This document shows, in pieces, positions 1-10,896 of a DNA stretch of 48,836 bases; position 1 is the stretch's first letter, and each line of letters begins with the position of its first letter. A program made the translations under genes and the position numbers. Origin of the DNA: an uncultured Thermococci archaeon (GTDB lineage: Archaea; Methanobacteriota_B; Thermococci; Thermococcales; Thermococcaceae); contig CAZTOS010000006.1 in the NCBI GenBank assembly GCA_964615185.1, positions 1-48,836 on the forward strand, read 5' to 3'. The notes under the pieces were generated by a model. The model had not been told where the DNA came from. It searched no databases and saw nothing but the letters and a program-made list of their open reading frames with translations.

Positions 1-908
1 CTTCCGTTTAGGGCAGCTATTGCTTTAGCCGTCTTTATCGTGGCTATCTCAGCCCTGTTAGTTTTAATTCCTAAATTAATCACAGTCTCAGCTAAAAGCT
101 TCAGCAAATCGTCGCTTATCTCGACCTTCGGCAGAACCTCCCTCGCCTTAACAATTCTCTCCGTAAGCTTTTTCTCTTCGCTCTCAAACTTCTTATAGAA
201 GCTTATCGGATCTTCATGAAACTCTTCAACTCTCTTAACTATCTCTATTCTCTCCTCTGGGTTCATTGGAGCGCTTACCTCAACGCATAAACCAAATCTA
301 TCAAGAATTTGAGGTCTGAGCTCACCCTCCTCTGGGTTCATGCTTCCAACCAGGATGAACCTCGCCGGATGCCTAAAGGAAATTCCTTCCCTCTCTATCG
401 TGTTCCATCCCATTGCTGCAGCATCCAAGAGTGAATCGGCTATGTAGTCATCCAAGAGGTTCACTTCATCAATGTAGAGCACGTTTCTGTTTGCTTCTGC
501 CAAAATTCCGGGCTGTAATGCCTTTCTTCCTTCTTTTAAAAATCTCTCCACATCAACGGTTCCAACGAGTCTGTCTATTGTAACGCTTAAGGGTAAATCC
601 ACAACACGCATCTTCCTCTTTGCCACTGGCAGTCCTTCTCCCCTCCCGTATCGCTCGTAGCAGCTGTCGCACATCTCCAAAGGATTCCTCGGATTGCAGT
701 TGAAGGGACAGCCATCAACAACCTCAATTTCAGGCAAAACGTTAGCCAAAGCCCTAACTAAGGTCGATTTTCCCGTTCCCTTATCTCCTTTAAGCAAAAC
801 ACCACCAATCAGCGGATTAACGGCTACACAAAGTAAAGCTAACTTAGCCTTTTCCTGCCCAACTATTGCAGAGAATGGAAAGACTAAGCGTTTTTCACGA
901 GCTTCCAT
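1..908 (-). CDS. chlI: Mg/Co chelatase AAA+ ATPase subunit (ChlI/BchI family), 3' end runs off the window
   Basis: Not in the ORF track; translated by hand from ATG at 908: [54 protein letters not shown]...CPFNC...[21 protein letters not shown]...[35 protein letters not shown], which are ChlI signatures. GGAGGTGG RBS upstream. Confidence 0.93.
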   Translation of the reverse strand, partial: MEAREKRLVFPFSAIVGQEKAKLALLCVAVNPLIGGVLLKGDKGTGKSTLVRALANVLPEIEVVDGCPFNCNPRNPLEMCDSCYERYGRGEGLPVAKRKMRVVDLPLSVTIDRLVGTVDVERFLKEGRKALQPGILAEANRNVLYIDEVNLLDDYIADSLLDAAAMGWNTIEREGISFRHPARFILVGSMNPEEGELRPQILDRFGLCVEVSAPMNPEERIEIVKRVEEFHEDPISFYKKFESEEKKLTERIVKAREVLPKVEISDDLLKLLAETVINLGIKTNRAEIATIKTAKAIAALNG

Positions 909-922
909 ATTTTATCCACCTC

Positions 923-3900
923 CTAAATCTCTTCTTCAAGCATTCCATCCAGCTCAAGATATTTGTCCTCAAGTTCCTCTAAAATTTCCTCGTCCGCTTT
1001 CCAGTAGCCCCTCCTATTCGCTTCAAGGAGCCTTTCGAGTATTTCCTTTGTCGCATATGGATTGCTTTCCTTTAGCCTCTCAAATATCTCCTCATCAAAC
1101 ACGAATCTTTCAGCAACTCTATCCCACACCCAGTTTTCCACGGCGTTTGTAGTTGCCGCCAAACCGAGCAGGTTCTCAACTCTCTCGGCTATTTTTTGCA
1201 CCCCTAAAAACTCATGTTTCAGCATCTCATTTATCCACTTTGGATTGAGGGTCCTTGTTATGGTTCCTCTTTCTATCGCCTCTTTAACGCTCTCAACTTT
1301 CACCACCTCCCTTGTAGTGTCCGCTATGAGCATTTCTGGCTTCTCGCCCCTTAAGATTTCAACGGATTTCGAGAGGCCGCCAAAAAACTCATAGTAGTGA
1401 TCTAAATCTGTAATTTCATAGTCGTGAGAGTCCCTCACCTGAGAAACAAGATCAACTTTCCTCAAGAGGCCTTTGAAGAGCTCATGCGCCTCCTGTGAGT
1501 AGTGTCCCTTTGTGTATACGTAGCCCATGGAAGAGATGTAAGCTTCTGCCAGCTCTCTTTCTTCGCCCCAAATGCCATCCTCGACGAGTTGGAGTAATCT
1601 CGTGTTGTATTCTGTTGAAGTAGGCCCAAAAATTCTCGCCTTTGCCAGCTCTCCATAGTTACCTAACTCTTTCACATGTTTTTTCACAAAGTTCATTTCT
1701 TCTGGCTCATCAAGCTCCACGACCATTCTAAATGCTTTATCAAGAAGCTCCATGACGTTTGGAAACATCTCCCTAAAGAAGCCGCATATTGTAACGACAA
1801 CGTCTATTCTCGGCCGTCCAAGCTCCTCAAGCGGGATCACTTCAAGCTTCTTCTCCCAGGGGCTTACGTGAACTACCCTGACCCCAATGTATTCCAGTAT
1901 CTGAGCTACTGTCTCCCCATAGGTTTTTGCCGTTTCAAACCCCCAAAGAACTACACCGACGCTTTCCGGATACTTTCCATGTTTTTCTAGGTATTTCTTT
2001 ATTGTTATCTCCGCTATTCTCCTTCCTCTTTCAACGGCTGACTCTGTTGGAACTTTTAGTGGATCAAACGCATAAATGTTCCTCCCCGTTGGCAAGACCT
2101 CTGGGTTTCTTATAACGTCTCCTCCAATGGATGGCTCTATATATAGCCCGTTCAAACCTTCAATCAAGTTTTCAAGCTCCAAAGAGTTATCTGCAAACTT
2201 TTTAGCAACCTCAAGAGCGTGTTTCAATGTCTTTTCATACTCCGGGAATCTTTCGCCTTTTAAAAATCGCTTAACAATTTCTTTCGCCTCTTCTTCGATT
2301 TCTTTGAGTTTTGATGGGTTATTGACTACCTCTTCGTAGTTTAACCCTTTCTTCTCGGTGATTAACCTGTTCAGGGACTTTATCTCCCCTCTATCGTATC
2401 TTGCTATGAGTGTTATAAAGTCTTCCAATTCCTCCAAGCTGTATTCCTCTCCTATTACGTGCAGGCCCTTTGGGATTATTGAGCGTTTGTATTCGTAGAG
2501 TTTTGCCTCTATTTCGTCCAGGTTGCCCCCAAGATTCAACTTTTCCGCAAGCTCTAACGCCTTTTTCTTTGCTATCTCCGCCCTCGGCTCATCTTTGCCC
2601 GAGGCCTCCCTGTACTCATTTAAGAGCTCATCAAGCCTTGCATATTCCTCGTAAAGCCCGGAGGCCGTGTATGGAGGGGAGTTGTAGCTGATTAAAGTAC
2701 CGTAAAGTCTCCTTTTGGCTATCGTTGCTTCAGAGGTGTTTATAACATGGTAGATGTAGAGGTTTGGTATCGTTCCGATTAAAATGTCCGGGAAGCATTT
2801 CGAACTCAATCCTACTTCCTTCCCTTTCATAAACTCTGCCAGCCCGTGAGTTCCAACGTGAATAACACAATCTGCCCCGAAAACATTCTCAATCCATTTG
2901 TAGAATGCTATGTACTGGTGGTGAGGCGGCTTAGTTTGGTCGTGAATTGCCGAATAAAGATCCTCACCGCTCAGCGGGGGTCTTGAAGGCTGAACACCAA
3001 TGAAGACGTTTCCTAAAATTACTCCGGGGATTAAAATGCCCTCTTCATCAACCATTATTTCTCCCGGCGGCTCTCCCCAGAATTTTATAACTTCCTCCCT
3101 AACGTCCTCCGGCAGCTCGTTGAAGTATCTTAGATACTCTTCAAGGCTCATTCTCGGACATTCGATTTTTTCTGGGGGATAAAGCTTTGGATTGAAGAGC
3201 TTTCTTTCTATGAACAGATCCTTTATTCTGGCCTTTTCAACTTTGTAGCCTTCCTTTTCAAGCCCTTCAAGAATCCTCTCAACGCTCGCAAAGGTGTCTA
3301 TGTAGGCCGCACTGCCGAGATTCTCTTCTCCAGGAGGATAATTGTAGATAATTATTGCCACCCTCTTCTCTTTATTTGGCTTCCTTTTAAGCTCAAGCCA
3401 TTTGTTCACTCTATTGACAAACTTATCGACCCTATCCACTATGGGGATAACTTCACAGTTCCTCACGCCGCAGATAGGGATGGGCTCAACCCCACCATCC
3501 ATCTCCGGCAGTTCAACAGTAGTTATGGTCTGAAGGACATTTAATCCCCTTTCGCTCCTTTCCCAATCCTCTATCTCCTGCATCAGCATTATGGCCGGCG
3601 TGAAGAGCTTTGCCTTCCTTCTCTTCAGAAGCTCTATCGTCGGCCTCGGGTCGCCTCCCAAAGGCCCCCCCATTCAGCCTGAACCACAGCAAGCTGATTA
3701 TGCAGTCAATGTCATCCTTAAAGTACTCCCTCATGGCTTTCAGATTCACAATCCCGTCGGAGTATACGGGGATTATATTCGCGTCCAGCCTGTTTATGAT
3801 CTCCCTAAGTGTCGGTATGCAGGATTCGAGATGCATCCCGCCGTAAAAGATTATTCCAACAGTTGGCTTGCTTGGATCGATTTGGGGCTTATAACCGTAC

Positions 3901-4478
3901 CCATAATCTGGGTGATACAGGCCAATCTCTGGATATTCAATTGGGTCTTCAGCTTTGGCGTCCAATCCCTTTATTTTGCAGATAAAGAGAAGCATATTCT
4001 TGTAGTTCTCATAACCTCCGTTGGCCCAATACTTCACAATCCTGATGTAGCTCCTAGCGTCCCTAAAAACTCCAAAAGGCAGAATCTTTCCCATCGTCTC
4101 TATAATGGTCTGAATTCTGTTTATCCACTTCTTTACGCTTTCAGGATTTGTTCCGTAAGACATGTTGGCTCCTTTTACCTTGCTCATTCTAAAATTGCCA
4201 AGCTTTGCAAGGGAAAACAGGGAAGATCCGCCAACTAAGATTACAACGTCTTTATCTTTATAATTGAGCTCTGTAAGCGAGAGAGGATCCCCTCTAACGT
4301 CTATTAAAATTATGTCTGCCCAATCAACATAGCTCTGGAGGTTATCCACCTTGTGAAGGTCGTGAGCAAATATTAGCTTGACATCTGCATGCTCTTTAAC
4401 ATCCTCAATTGCCTTCACGATGCTTCTGTTCACAATGGTCGAGATTAGGAGTATCCCCACTCTTTTATTTTCTCCCAT
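923..4478 (-). pseudogene. CobN/ChlH-family chelatase large subunit, split by a +1 frameshift in a G7 run (3665-3671)
   Basis: ORFs 3513..4478 and 923..3673 join into ...LWFRLNGG|PLGGDPRPTIELL... if one G is removed. Motifs HVGTHGLAEF, LPTGRN, ELGRPRIDV and LNPKWI are present. May be a sequencing error rather than a true pseudogene. Confidence 0.85.
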
Positions 4479-7400
4479 AGTTCTTCCACCTCCCCAATCT
4501 TTTCACTCCAGTGCTCATCCCCCTCAGCTGTGTAAATTTCAATTGTCCCACCTTGGACTTCTCCTTCACCAAGGCTCTCTTCCAAAATTCCCTCAATCTC
4601 GGAATAAACCTCCATGAGCTTTTCAATTAATCCATCCCTCGTCTTCCATAAGCCGCGCTCATAAGCTTCAATTAAACGCCTTGCAATTTCCTCAATAGCG
4701 TAGGGATTGTGCTCCTCGAACCATCTCCTCATTTCTTCATCCAGGACGTATTTCCCTGCTATCTTATCAAAAACCCAATCTTCAACGAGCTTCGTCGTTG
4801 CCTCCCAGCCGTACAAGTGAAGAATCTTCTTGGAGAACTCGCTCGCTCCTCTGTAGCCATGCTTTTTCATTTCCTCAATCCACCTATCATTGAGGAGTTT
4901 TGTCCTAACGACCCTTTCAAGCTCAACTTTCATGTCAACTATTTTGGCATCGCTTATGTCCCTTGTGTCTGTCTGAACCACTTCAACGTTCTTGCCTGTT
5001 AAGGCATCAACAGCCGTCTTAAAGCCCCCGTGATAAGCGAAGTAAGAGCAACAGTTCGTCGGGTCATGCTCATCACTTATGTGGTTTCTGTTGATTACAT
5101 CTACCTCTTTCAAGTTCAAAACCAATGATTCATGAGCCTCAACTCCAAAGGCATCTTTTCCATAAGCGTAGCCACTCCACTGAACCCACACTTTAGCCAA
5201 GTCTTCTTCGCCCTTCCAGCCCGATGATTCAACTGCTAAATTCACCCCAGCCCCGTAAGCCCCTGGTGGAGCTGAGAAAACTCTAAACCTTGCAAACCTT
5301 TGGGCTTCTTCAAAGCTCTTTCCGAGCTCAATGAGCCTTTTAATGTGCTCAATGTAGTGCTTTTTGATGTAGTTCATCTCCAAAGGCTCATCCAGCATAA
5401 CGACCTTCTCTATAGCCTCATCAATTAGGTAGATGTAGTTTGGTAGGGTATCCCTCACGATTCCACTTATTCTAACCAGAACGTCAATCCTTGGTCTTCC
5501 GAGCTCCTCCAAGGGTATGACTTCAAGCCCAGCAACTACATCTCCTTTCCAAACCGGCCTAACCCCAATCAAATAGAGGATTTGAGCTATTTGTTCGCCA
5601 TCTGCCTTATAACCGTCTATGCTCCAGAGAACCTGCCCGACACTCTCCGGGTATTTCCCGTGCTTTTCTTTGTAAGCTTTCAAAAGTTTTTCAGCAGTTT
5701 CAACTCCTATCTGCCATGCTGCCTTAGTTGGTAGAGTTCTTGGGTCAACCGCATAGAAATTCCTCCCCGTCGGTAAAATCTCAAACTTCCCCCTCGTTAT
5801 CGCCCCAGAGGGGCCAGGCTTGATGTATTTCCCGCTCAGTCCTTTCAAGAATCCTTTATGCTCCTTTTTACACTCAATTATTTTCTCTGCAACTTCAAGG
5901 GCTTTTCTAAACGTTTCTTTAAGCTTTTCTTTCTCCTTAACTTGGAATCCAAACTTCTCAATTTCTTCTTTAATAACCCCAAAGTCCTCCCCTTTAAGCA
6001 GGCGCTCTAAGCTCTTGACGGCTATCTTGTGGAAAATCCCCAATAGTTCTCTGTTCGTAAATCCATTTGTAGTCTCCAAAGGGTTCTTTCTTATTTCGTC
6101 ATAGTCCAAGCCTATTGCTTCAGCTATAACGCGCCTAATTGAAGGGGAAGCGTAGGAATCATAGGCCATTGCCGTGGCAATATATTCCGCCAATCTTTCG
6201 GGCTTTTTTGGTGGATGTCCAAAGATGTGAAGGCCGAGATTTATTTGAGAACCCCTCATCAGCTCAACATAATGATGAATTTCCTCTATCGTTTGCTCTT
6301 CATCTTCTGGATTCACTATTCTCAGCTTGTTCTCCTCAGCTTTCTCTAAAATCTGCTCGTAAATCTTCCTTCTCCTTGCTTCATCTCCTAAGTTCTTTGC
6401 CTTTACATACTGGGTTAGGAGAGAATCCAAATCATCTAAAACCTCTGCCATCCCCATCGGAGGATAGATGTGGTCTATAAACGTTGCATAACTTCTTCTC
6501 TTGGCTATGACACCCTCCATTGGATTTGAAACTACGTAAACGTATAAATGGGGAACGTCATCCAAACTTGCCTCAGGGACGCATGAAGGAGAAAGCCCAA
6601 CACCTTTTCCGGGTCTGAACTCCAAGGCGCCGTGGGTTCCAAAGTGTATCATTACATCAGCCTTAAATTTGTGCGTTATCCACCTATACACTGCCCACCA
6701 CTGGTGCGGTGGGACTATTGTTGGGTCATGCAAAATTCTGCACACCCTTCCATCGCATCTCGGTCCAGCACAGCCGAACTTTGGCTGAGGTGTTATGAAG
6801 ACGTTTCCGAACCTCACCCCCGGAACGACAAACTTCCCGTCATAGACCATTCCAACCAATGCTTTGTCAACTTTCCCAGCTAAGACATCCTCTGGCTTTC
6901 CCCAATCCTTGATAATTCTCTCCCTCAAATCCTCCGGAAGCTCGTTGAACCACTCCAGATACTCCTCCAAGCCTACAAAGTCAATTGCTCCTCCGCTTTT
7001 GACTATCTCCTCAACGCTTGTCCATCTGAACTCGCTTATCGCTTTCTTCTCCAAAATCAGTTTTATCAGCTCTTCCCCATTCTTTGGCAAATCTTCGCCA
7101 ACATAGTAGCCTTCCTCCTTAAGCTTGTGCAGAAGTCTAACGATGCTCTCCGGAACATCCAAACCAAGTCCAACACCGATGTTCGCCTCAAGCCCTTTAC
7201 ATGGAGGGTTTATCAGAACGATTGCTATCCTAACTTTATCCTTGGGCTTCTTCCTGAGCTCAATCCACTTCTTCACCCTTCTGGCTAAATATTTCATGTG
7301 CTCTTCGTAAGGCTCTCCAACCTTGTAGCCTTCGATGTTTCTGGTCCCAGCTATAAAAATCGGCTCAATTGCTCCTGCAACTTCTGGGATTATCACTCCA

Positions 7401-8212
7401 TAAACCTGAGTCATATAGTCAACGCCTTGTTCGCTCTTCTTCCACTCTTCAAGGGACTGGTAGTAAGACCTTATCGGAGCAAAAACTGGAACGTTAAGCT
7501 TTTGCAGATTCTTTAAATCAACTGCCCCAAAGGAAATTAAGCTCACAAGGGCATCTATAATCGGCTTTCCATCCTTCATGAAGAACTCTTCAACAGCTTC
7601 ACTCTTCTCCCTTCCAATCCCCGTCGTCGAGTCTTTCCCATAGGTAAACACTGGAATTACACCGAAGCCTTCTTCTTCAAGAGCTTTGATGAGCCCTCCA
7701 ATTGGTTTAAAATCCTTATAAAGCCAGACACTTCTCCAGAAGAGGACTCCAACAAGCGGTCTTTTCTTGTAAACCATTAAATATTCGTCTAAGCTTTCAA
7801 AAACTCCAAAATTCGGGTGATAGATGCCGTGCATGGGGACTTCTTCTGGTTCTTCATATTCAATTGCCTCTCCAGATAAGCTTGCTAAAAATCTGACCAT
7901 ATTCCTAAGATTCTTCTCGCCTCCGAGGACATAATATGTCTTCGCTTTGATTATGACTTCTTCTGGAACGTTGGTTAGGCTTTCAAGCCCAGCACAGGCG
8001 ATGACTTTAGCTTTACTCTCTCTAATTTTCTCCTCCACTATTTCAGGAAGCTCATGGGCATAGATGAAGATTACCTCAGCCCTCTCTACCTTATCCAGCT
8101 CCCTCTCACAGTTCTGGTCAGTGAGCACAATCCCCTTTATTCCTTCTTCTCTAAGGATTTCCTGAAGCAAAGGCAAAGCCCTTGCCCCGTAACCTATGAT
8201 TAAACATATCAC
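4445..8212 (-). CDS. cobN: CobN/magnesium chelatase family large subunit (1255 aa)
   Basis: Motifs HFGTHGALEFRPGK, LPTGRNFY, ELGRPRIDVLVRISG, GAYGAGV and WIEEMKKHGYRGA. Confidence 0.92.
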   Translation of the reverse strand: MICLIIGYGARALPLLQEILREEGIKGIVLTDQNCERELDKVERAEVIFIYAHELPEIVEEKIRESKAKVIACAGLESLTNVPEEVIIKAKTYYVLGGEKNLRNMVRFLASLSGEAIEYEEPEEVPMHGIYHPNFGVFESLDEYLMVYKKRPLVGVLFWRSVWLYKDFKPIGGLIKALEEEGFGVIPVFTYGKDSTTGIGREKSEAVEEFFMKDGKPIIDALVSLISFGAVDLKNLQKLNVPVFAPIRSYYQSLEEWKKSEQGVDYMTQVYGVIIPEVAGAIEPIFIAGTRNIEGYKVGEPYEEHMKYLARRVKKWIELRKKPKDKVRIAIVLINPPCKGLEANIGVGLGLDVPESIVRLLHKLKEEGYYVGEDLPKNGEELIKLILEKKAISEFRWTSVEEIVKSGGAIDFVGLEEYLEWFNELPEDLRERIIKDWGKPEDVLAGKVDKALVGMVYDGKFVVPGVRFGNVFITPQPKFGCAGPRCDGRVCRILHDPTIVPPHQWWAVYRWITHKFKADVMIHFGTHGALEFRPGKGVGLSPSCVPEASLDDVPHLYVYVVSNPMEGVIAKRRSYATFIDHIYPPMGMAEVLDDLDSLLTQYVKAKNLGDEARRRKIYEQILEKAEENKLRIVNPEDEEQTIEEIHHYVELMRGSQINLGLHIFGHPPKKPERLAEYIATAMAYDSYASPSIRRVIAEAIGLDYDEIRKNPLETTNGFTNRELLGIFHKIAVKSLERLLKGEDFGVIKEEIEKFGFQVKEKEKLKETFRKALEVAEKIIECKKEHKGFLKGLSGKYIKPGPSGAITRGKFEILPTGRNFYAVDPRTLPTKAAWQIGVETAEKLLKAYKEKHGKYPESVGQVLWSIDGYKADGEQIAQILYLIGVRPVWKGDVVAGLEVIPLEELGRPRIDVLVRISGIVRDTLPNYIYLIDEAIEKVVMLDEPLEMNYIKKHYIEHIKRLIELGKSFEEAQRFARFRVFSAPPGAYGAGVNLAVESSGWKGEEDLAKVWVQWSGYAYGKDAFGVEAHESLVLNLKEVDVINRNHISDEHDPTNCCSYFAYHGGFKTAVDALTGKNVEVVQTDTRDISDAKIVDMKVELERVVRTKLLNDRWIEEMKKHGYRGASEFSKKILHLYGWEATTKLVEDWVFDKIAGKYVLDEEMRRWFEEHNPYAIEEIARRLIEAYERGLWKTRDGLIEKLMEVYSEIEGILEESLGEGEVQGGTIEIYTAEGDEHWSEKIGEVEELWEKIKEWGYS

Positions 8213-9081
8213 AACACCACCCCCATAACAGCGATAATCACGCTCCTCGTTGTCATTGAGATGAGCATGAGCTTTGTTCCATCTTTTGGACCATAAAGCC
8301 CGACATAATAAGGAATCAACACCCTTAGGAAGGTTATATTTGCGAAAATTGAACCGAGAAGAAGAGCCCTTATTAGGGCTTTTTCACTTATTAAACCAGC
8401 TTTTAATAGGTTTGCGCCGAGAGTATAAGCCGCTATACTGCTTGCCATTGCACTTAGAGCCACACTCAGCTCCTCTGGCGAAAATGGTAAGGACTCTGCA
8501 AAGCTCCTCACAAGGTCACTTAGATGATTGAAAAATCCAACTGCTATGAGCAGAGCCGTTATGTAAGTCACTATAATCATGGTCTTCAAAATTGGGGTTG
8601 AAGTTTTCTTTGTTTTTGCCAAAGCATTCCTTGGATTTTTAATCAAAATCTTCCCAGCCACTGCAAAAACCGTTGTCTGGATTAGTCCTATGAAAACCAA
8701 AATTCCAAAGTAGAGCAAGCCAAGCCTTCCGAGTGTAGCCAAGAGAACGGGAATTAGAGAATTCCAATGTCTGACCATTGCTGGAAAAGCGTTCATGAGC
8801 GAGGCAATGTAGAGTTCCCTCTTTCCAATTTTGCCCTCTCTATAAAAATCCACAAGCATGGCATTAGCGGCTCTCGTGTTCAAAAAAGCTGTTGCGAAGG
8901 TTAATGCACACTCTGCTGGTAAGTTTGAGAGCTTAACGAATGGTTTACCAATGAATGAGACTTTCTCCACTATGCCCTTCTCGATTAGAAGCTCAGCTAT
9001 GAATATCCCAATAAGTAACCCGGAGACAGAGCGCTTTAGGAAATTGAATGCAATTCCAGCTGAAATTATCAGCAATTCCAC
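8209..9081 (-). CDS. Polytopic membrane protein, nucleoside-recognition (Gate) domain-like
   Basis: Multiple hydrophobic segments. Likely GTG start at 9081 behind a GAGGTGG RBS (ORF track extends to 9165). Stop overlaps the cobN start. Confidence 0.7.
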   Translation of the reverse strand: MELLIISAGIAFNFLKRSVSGLLIGIFIAELLIEKGIVEKVSFIGKPFVKLSNLPAECALTFATAFLNTRAANAMLVDFYREGKIGKRELYIASLMNAFPAMVRHWNSLIPVLLATLGRLGLLYFGILVFIGLIQTTVFAVAGKILIKNPRNALAKTKKTSTPILKTMIIVTYITALLIAVGFFNHLSDLVRSFAESLPFSPEELSVALSAMASSIAAYTLGANLLKAGLISEKALIRALLLGSIFANITFLRVLIPYYVGLYGPKDGTKLMLISMTTRSVIIAVMGVVL

Positions 9082-9082
9082 T

Positions 9083-9853
9083 TTAAACCACCTCTGTTTT
9101 TGGAAGTATAAGTCTGAATCCGTTGAATTCAAGAATGCATATCGGGACGCCATACACTTCCTCAAGAATCTCTTTCTTCAGAATTTCATTCGGCTTTCCA
9201 AGGGCTCTAATTCTGCCTTCTTTAACAAGGGCAATCCTGTCTGAATAAAGCGAGGCTAAATTCGGGTCGTGGAGTGTCATAACTGCAGAGATGCTTTCCT
9301 CTTTTGCCAACCTCTTCACAATCCCAAGAACCTTCACCTGATTCTTAAAATCCAAATGGGCAGTGGGCTCATCTAAGAGAAGGACTTTTGGTTCTTGCAC
9401 GAGAGCCCTTGCTATGAGGACAAGTTGCAACTGACCTCCACTCAGCTGTGTGTAGGGCTTATCCTTAAAGCGCTCCATTCCTATGAGCTTAAGCTTCTCC
9501 AAAGCCTTTTGATAGTGCTCTTCCCTTGGGCTTTCAAAAACCTCAAGCTGAGAGGCTAAGCCCATAACCACAACATCCAAAACAGTATAAGGGAAGGGAG
9601 GATGATGAGACTGAGGGACATAACCAGCTAACTTAGCCCTTTCCTTTAAAGAGAGTGAGTGAAAGTCCTTACCATTTACGAAGACACACTTTTTCTCTGG
9701 TTTCAGCAATCCGTAAATGCTTTTCAGAATCGTTGTTTTCCCACTACCATTTGGACCTAACAAACTTAAAATCTCTCCCTCTCTCACCTCAAAGCAGACA
9801 TCCTCAACGCTGAAATCACCGTAGCTGAATGATAAGCCTTTGACTTCAAGCAT
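9083..9853 (-). CDS. ABC transporter ATP-binding protein (FepC/BtuD iron-chelate/cobalamin type)
   Basis: Walker A GPNGSGKT, signature LSGGQ, Walker B LLLDEPTAHLD, and HDPNLA. Probable ATG at 9853. Confidence 0.93.
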   Translation of the reverse strand: MLEVKGLSFSYGDFSVEDVCFEVREGEILSLLGPNGSGKTTILKSIYGLLKPEKKCVFVNGKDFHSLSLKERAKLAGYVPQSHHPPFPYTVLDVVVMGLASQLEVFESPREEHYQKALEKLKLIGMERFKDKPYTQLSGGQLQLVLIARALVQEPKVLLLDEPTAHLDFKNQVKVLGIVKRLAKEESISAVMTLHDPNLASLYSDRIALVKEGRIRALGKPNEILKKEILEEVYGVPICILEFNGFRLILPKTEVV

Positions 9854-10892
9854 TCCAACCACCGCCCGTCTTCCTTAGCAGATACGCAAAGAATGGAATT
9901 CCAAGGATTGTTGTCAAGATGCCAATTGGAATCTCATAAGTGGCAATTGACCTCGCCAATGTATCAGCTAAGACCATGAACGAAGCTCCCACAGTTATTG
10001 TTAGGGGTATCAGTGTTTTGTGATCTGGCCCAAATGCCATTCTAACAATGTGCGGAATCATCAAGCCTACCCAGCCAATTATCCCGCAGAAAGCAACTGA
10101 AACAGCGGTTATTAGAGAGATTATTATGATAAAAGCAAACTTCAACTTTTCAGTTTCGACTCCAACGATTTTAGCCTCTTCCCCAAAAGACAAGACGTTT
10201 AATTGCCAGCGCATTAGATAAATCAACATACATCCAAGGAAGATTACAGGAAATGCAACTTTGACTGAATGCCAGTCAGCGTCTGCAAAACTTCCCATGA
10301 GCCAGTAAACAACACTTGCCAGCTTTTCATGCTCCATCAAAAACTTTAACAGAGAAGTTAACGCCGAAAAGAACGCATTAACAATTACTCCAGCAAGAAC
10401 GAGCGAAACAGGGGTTATTCTTCCACCGATTTTGGCCAGAGAAGTTGTCAAGAATACAGCGAGTATAGCAAAGGCAAAGGCTAAGGGTGTTATTCCTAAG
10501 CTTAGAGAAAGTCCTATAGCCAAAGCAGCGCCAAAAGCAGCCCCCGCTGAGATTCCTAAAATATAGCTGTTAACAAGGGGATTTCTGAATATGGCTTGAA
10601 GAACCGCTCCAGAGACTGCTAAGGCTGAGCCAACAATCATAGCTAAAAGAACCCGGGGAAGTCTTATTTTAAAGAGAACCGTTTGATAAACGCTTGGATA
10701 TGGGATTTGAACATCAAAATAAAGCTTTCCAAGGGTTATTTTAGCCAAAATTCCAGAAATGATCTGAAGAGTCTTTAATATCACCATGTTCACGATGGCA
10801 AAAAATGGCATGTGATATGCCCCGATAAATAGGCTTATGAAGAATGCAAAGATTGGAGAGACTAAAAGAAAAAGAAAGAGGAATCTTCTCAT
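9846..10892 (-). CDS. FecCD/BtuC-family ABC permease
   Basis: IRLPRVLLA, QAIFRNPLV..ILGISAGA, GIIGWVGLMIPHIVR and EIPIGILT motifs. Confidence 0.94.
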   Translation of the reverse strand: MRRFLFLFLLVSPIFAFFISLFIGAYHMPFFAIVNMVILKTLQIISGILAKITLGKLYFDVQIPYPSVYQTVLFKIRLPRVLLAMIVGSALAVSGAVLQAIFRNPLVNSYILGISAGAAFGAALAIGLSLSLGITPLAFAFAILAVFLTTSLAKIGGRITPVSLVLAGVIVNAFFSALTSLLKFLMEHEKLASVVYWLMGSFADADWHSVKVAFPVIFLGCMLIYLMRWQLNVLSFGEEAKIVGVETEKLKFAFIIIISLITAVSVAFCGIIGWVGLMIPHIVRMAFGPDHKTLIPLTITVGASFMVLADTLARSIATYEIPIGILTTILGIPFFAYLLRKTGGGWNA

Positions 10893-10896
10893 CCTT

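Noticed and set aside
694..1152. Many short ORFs antisense to long genes (e.g. 694..1152, 3591..4238, 33147..33680, 39196..39657)
   Set aside because: Shadow ORFs with Ser/Phe/Leu-rich composition, opposite well-supported genes and lacking an RBS.
3590..3850. Locally GC-rich patch around the chelatase frameshift, suggesting a recombined segment
   Set aside because: Largely explained by Gly/Pro/Ala/Arg codons; cannot be established without ortholog alignment.
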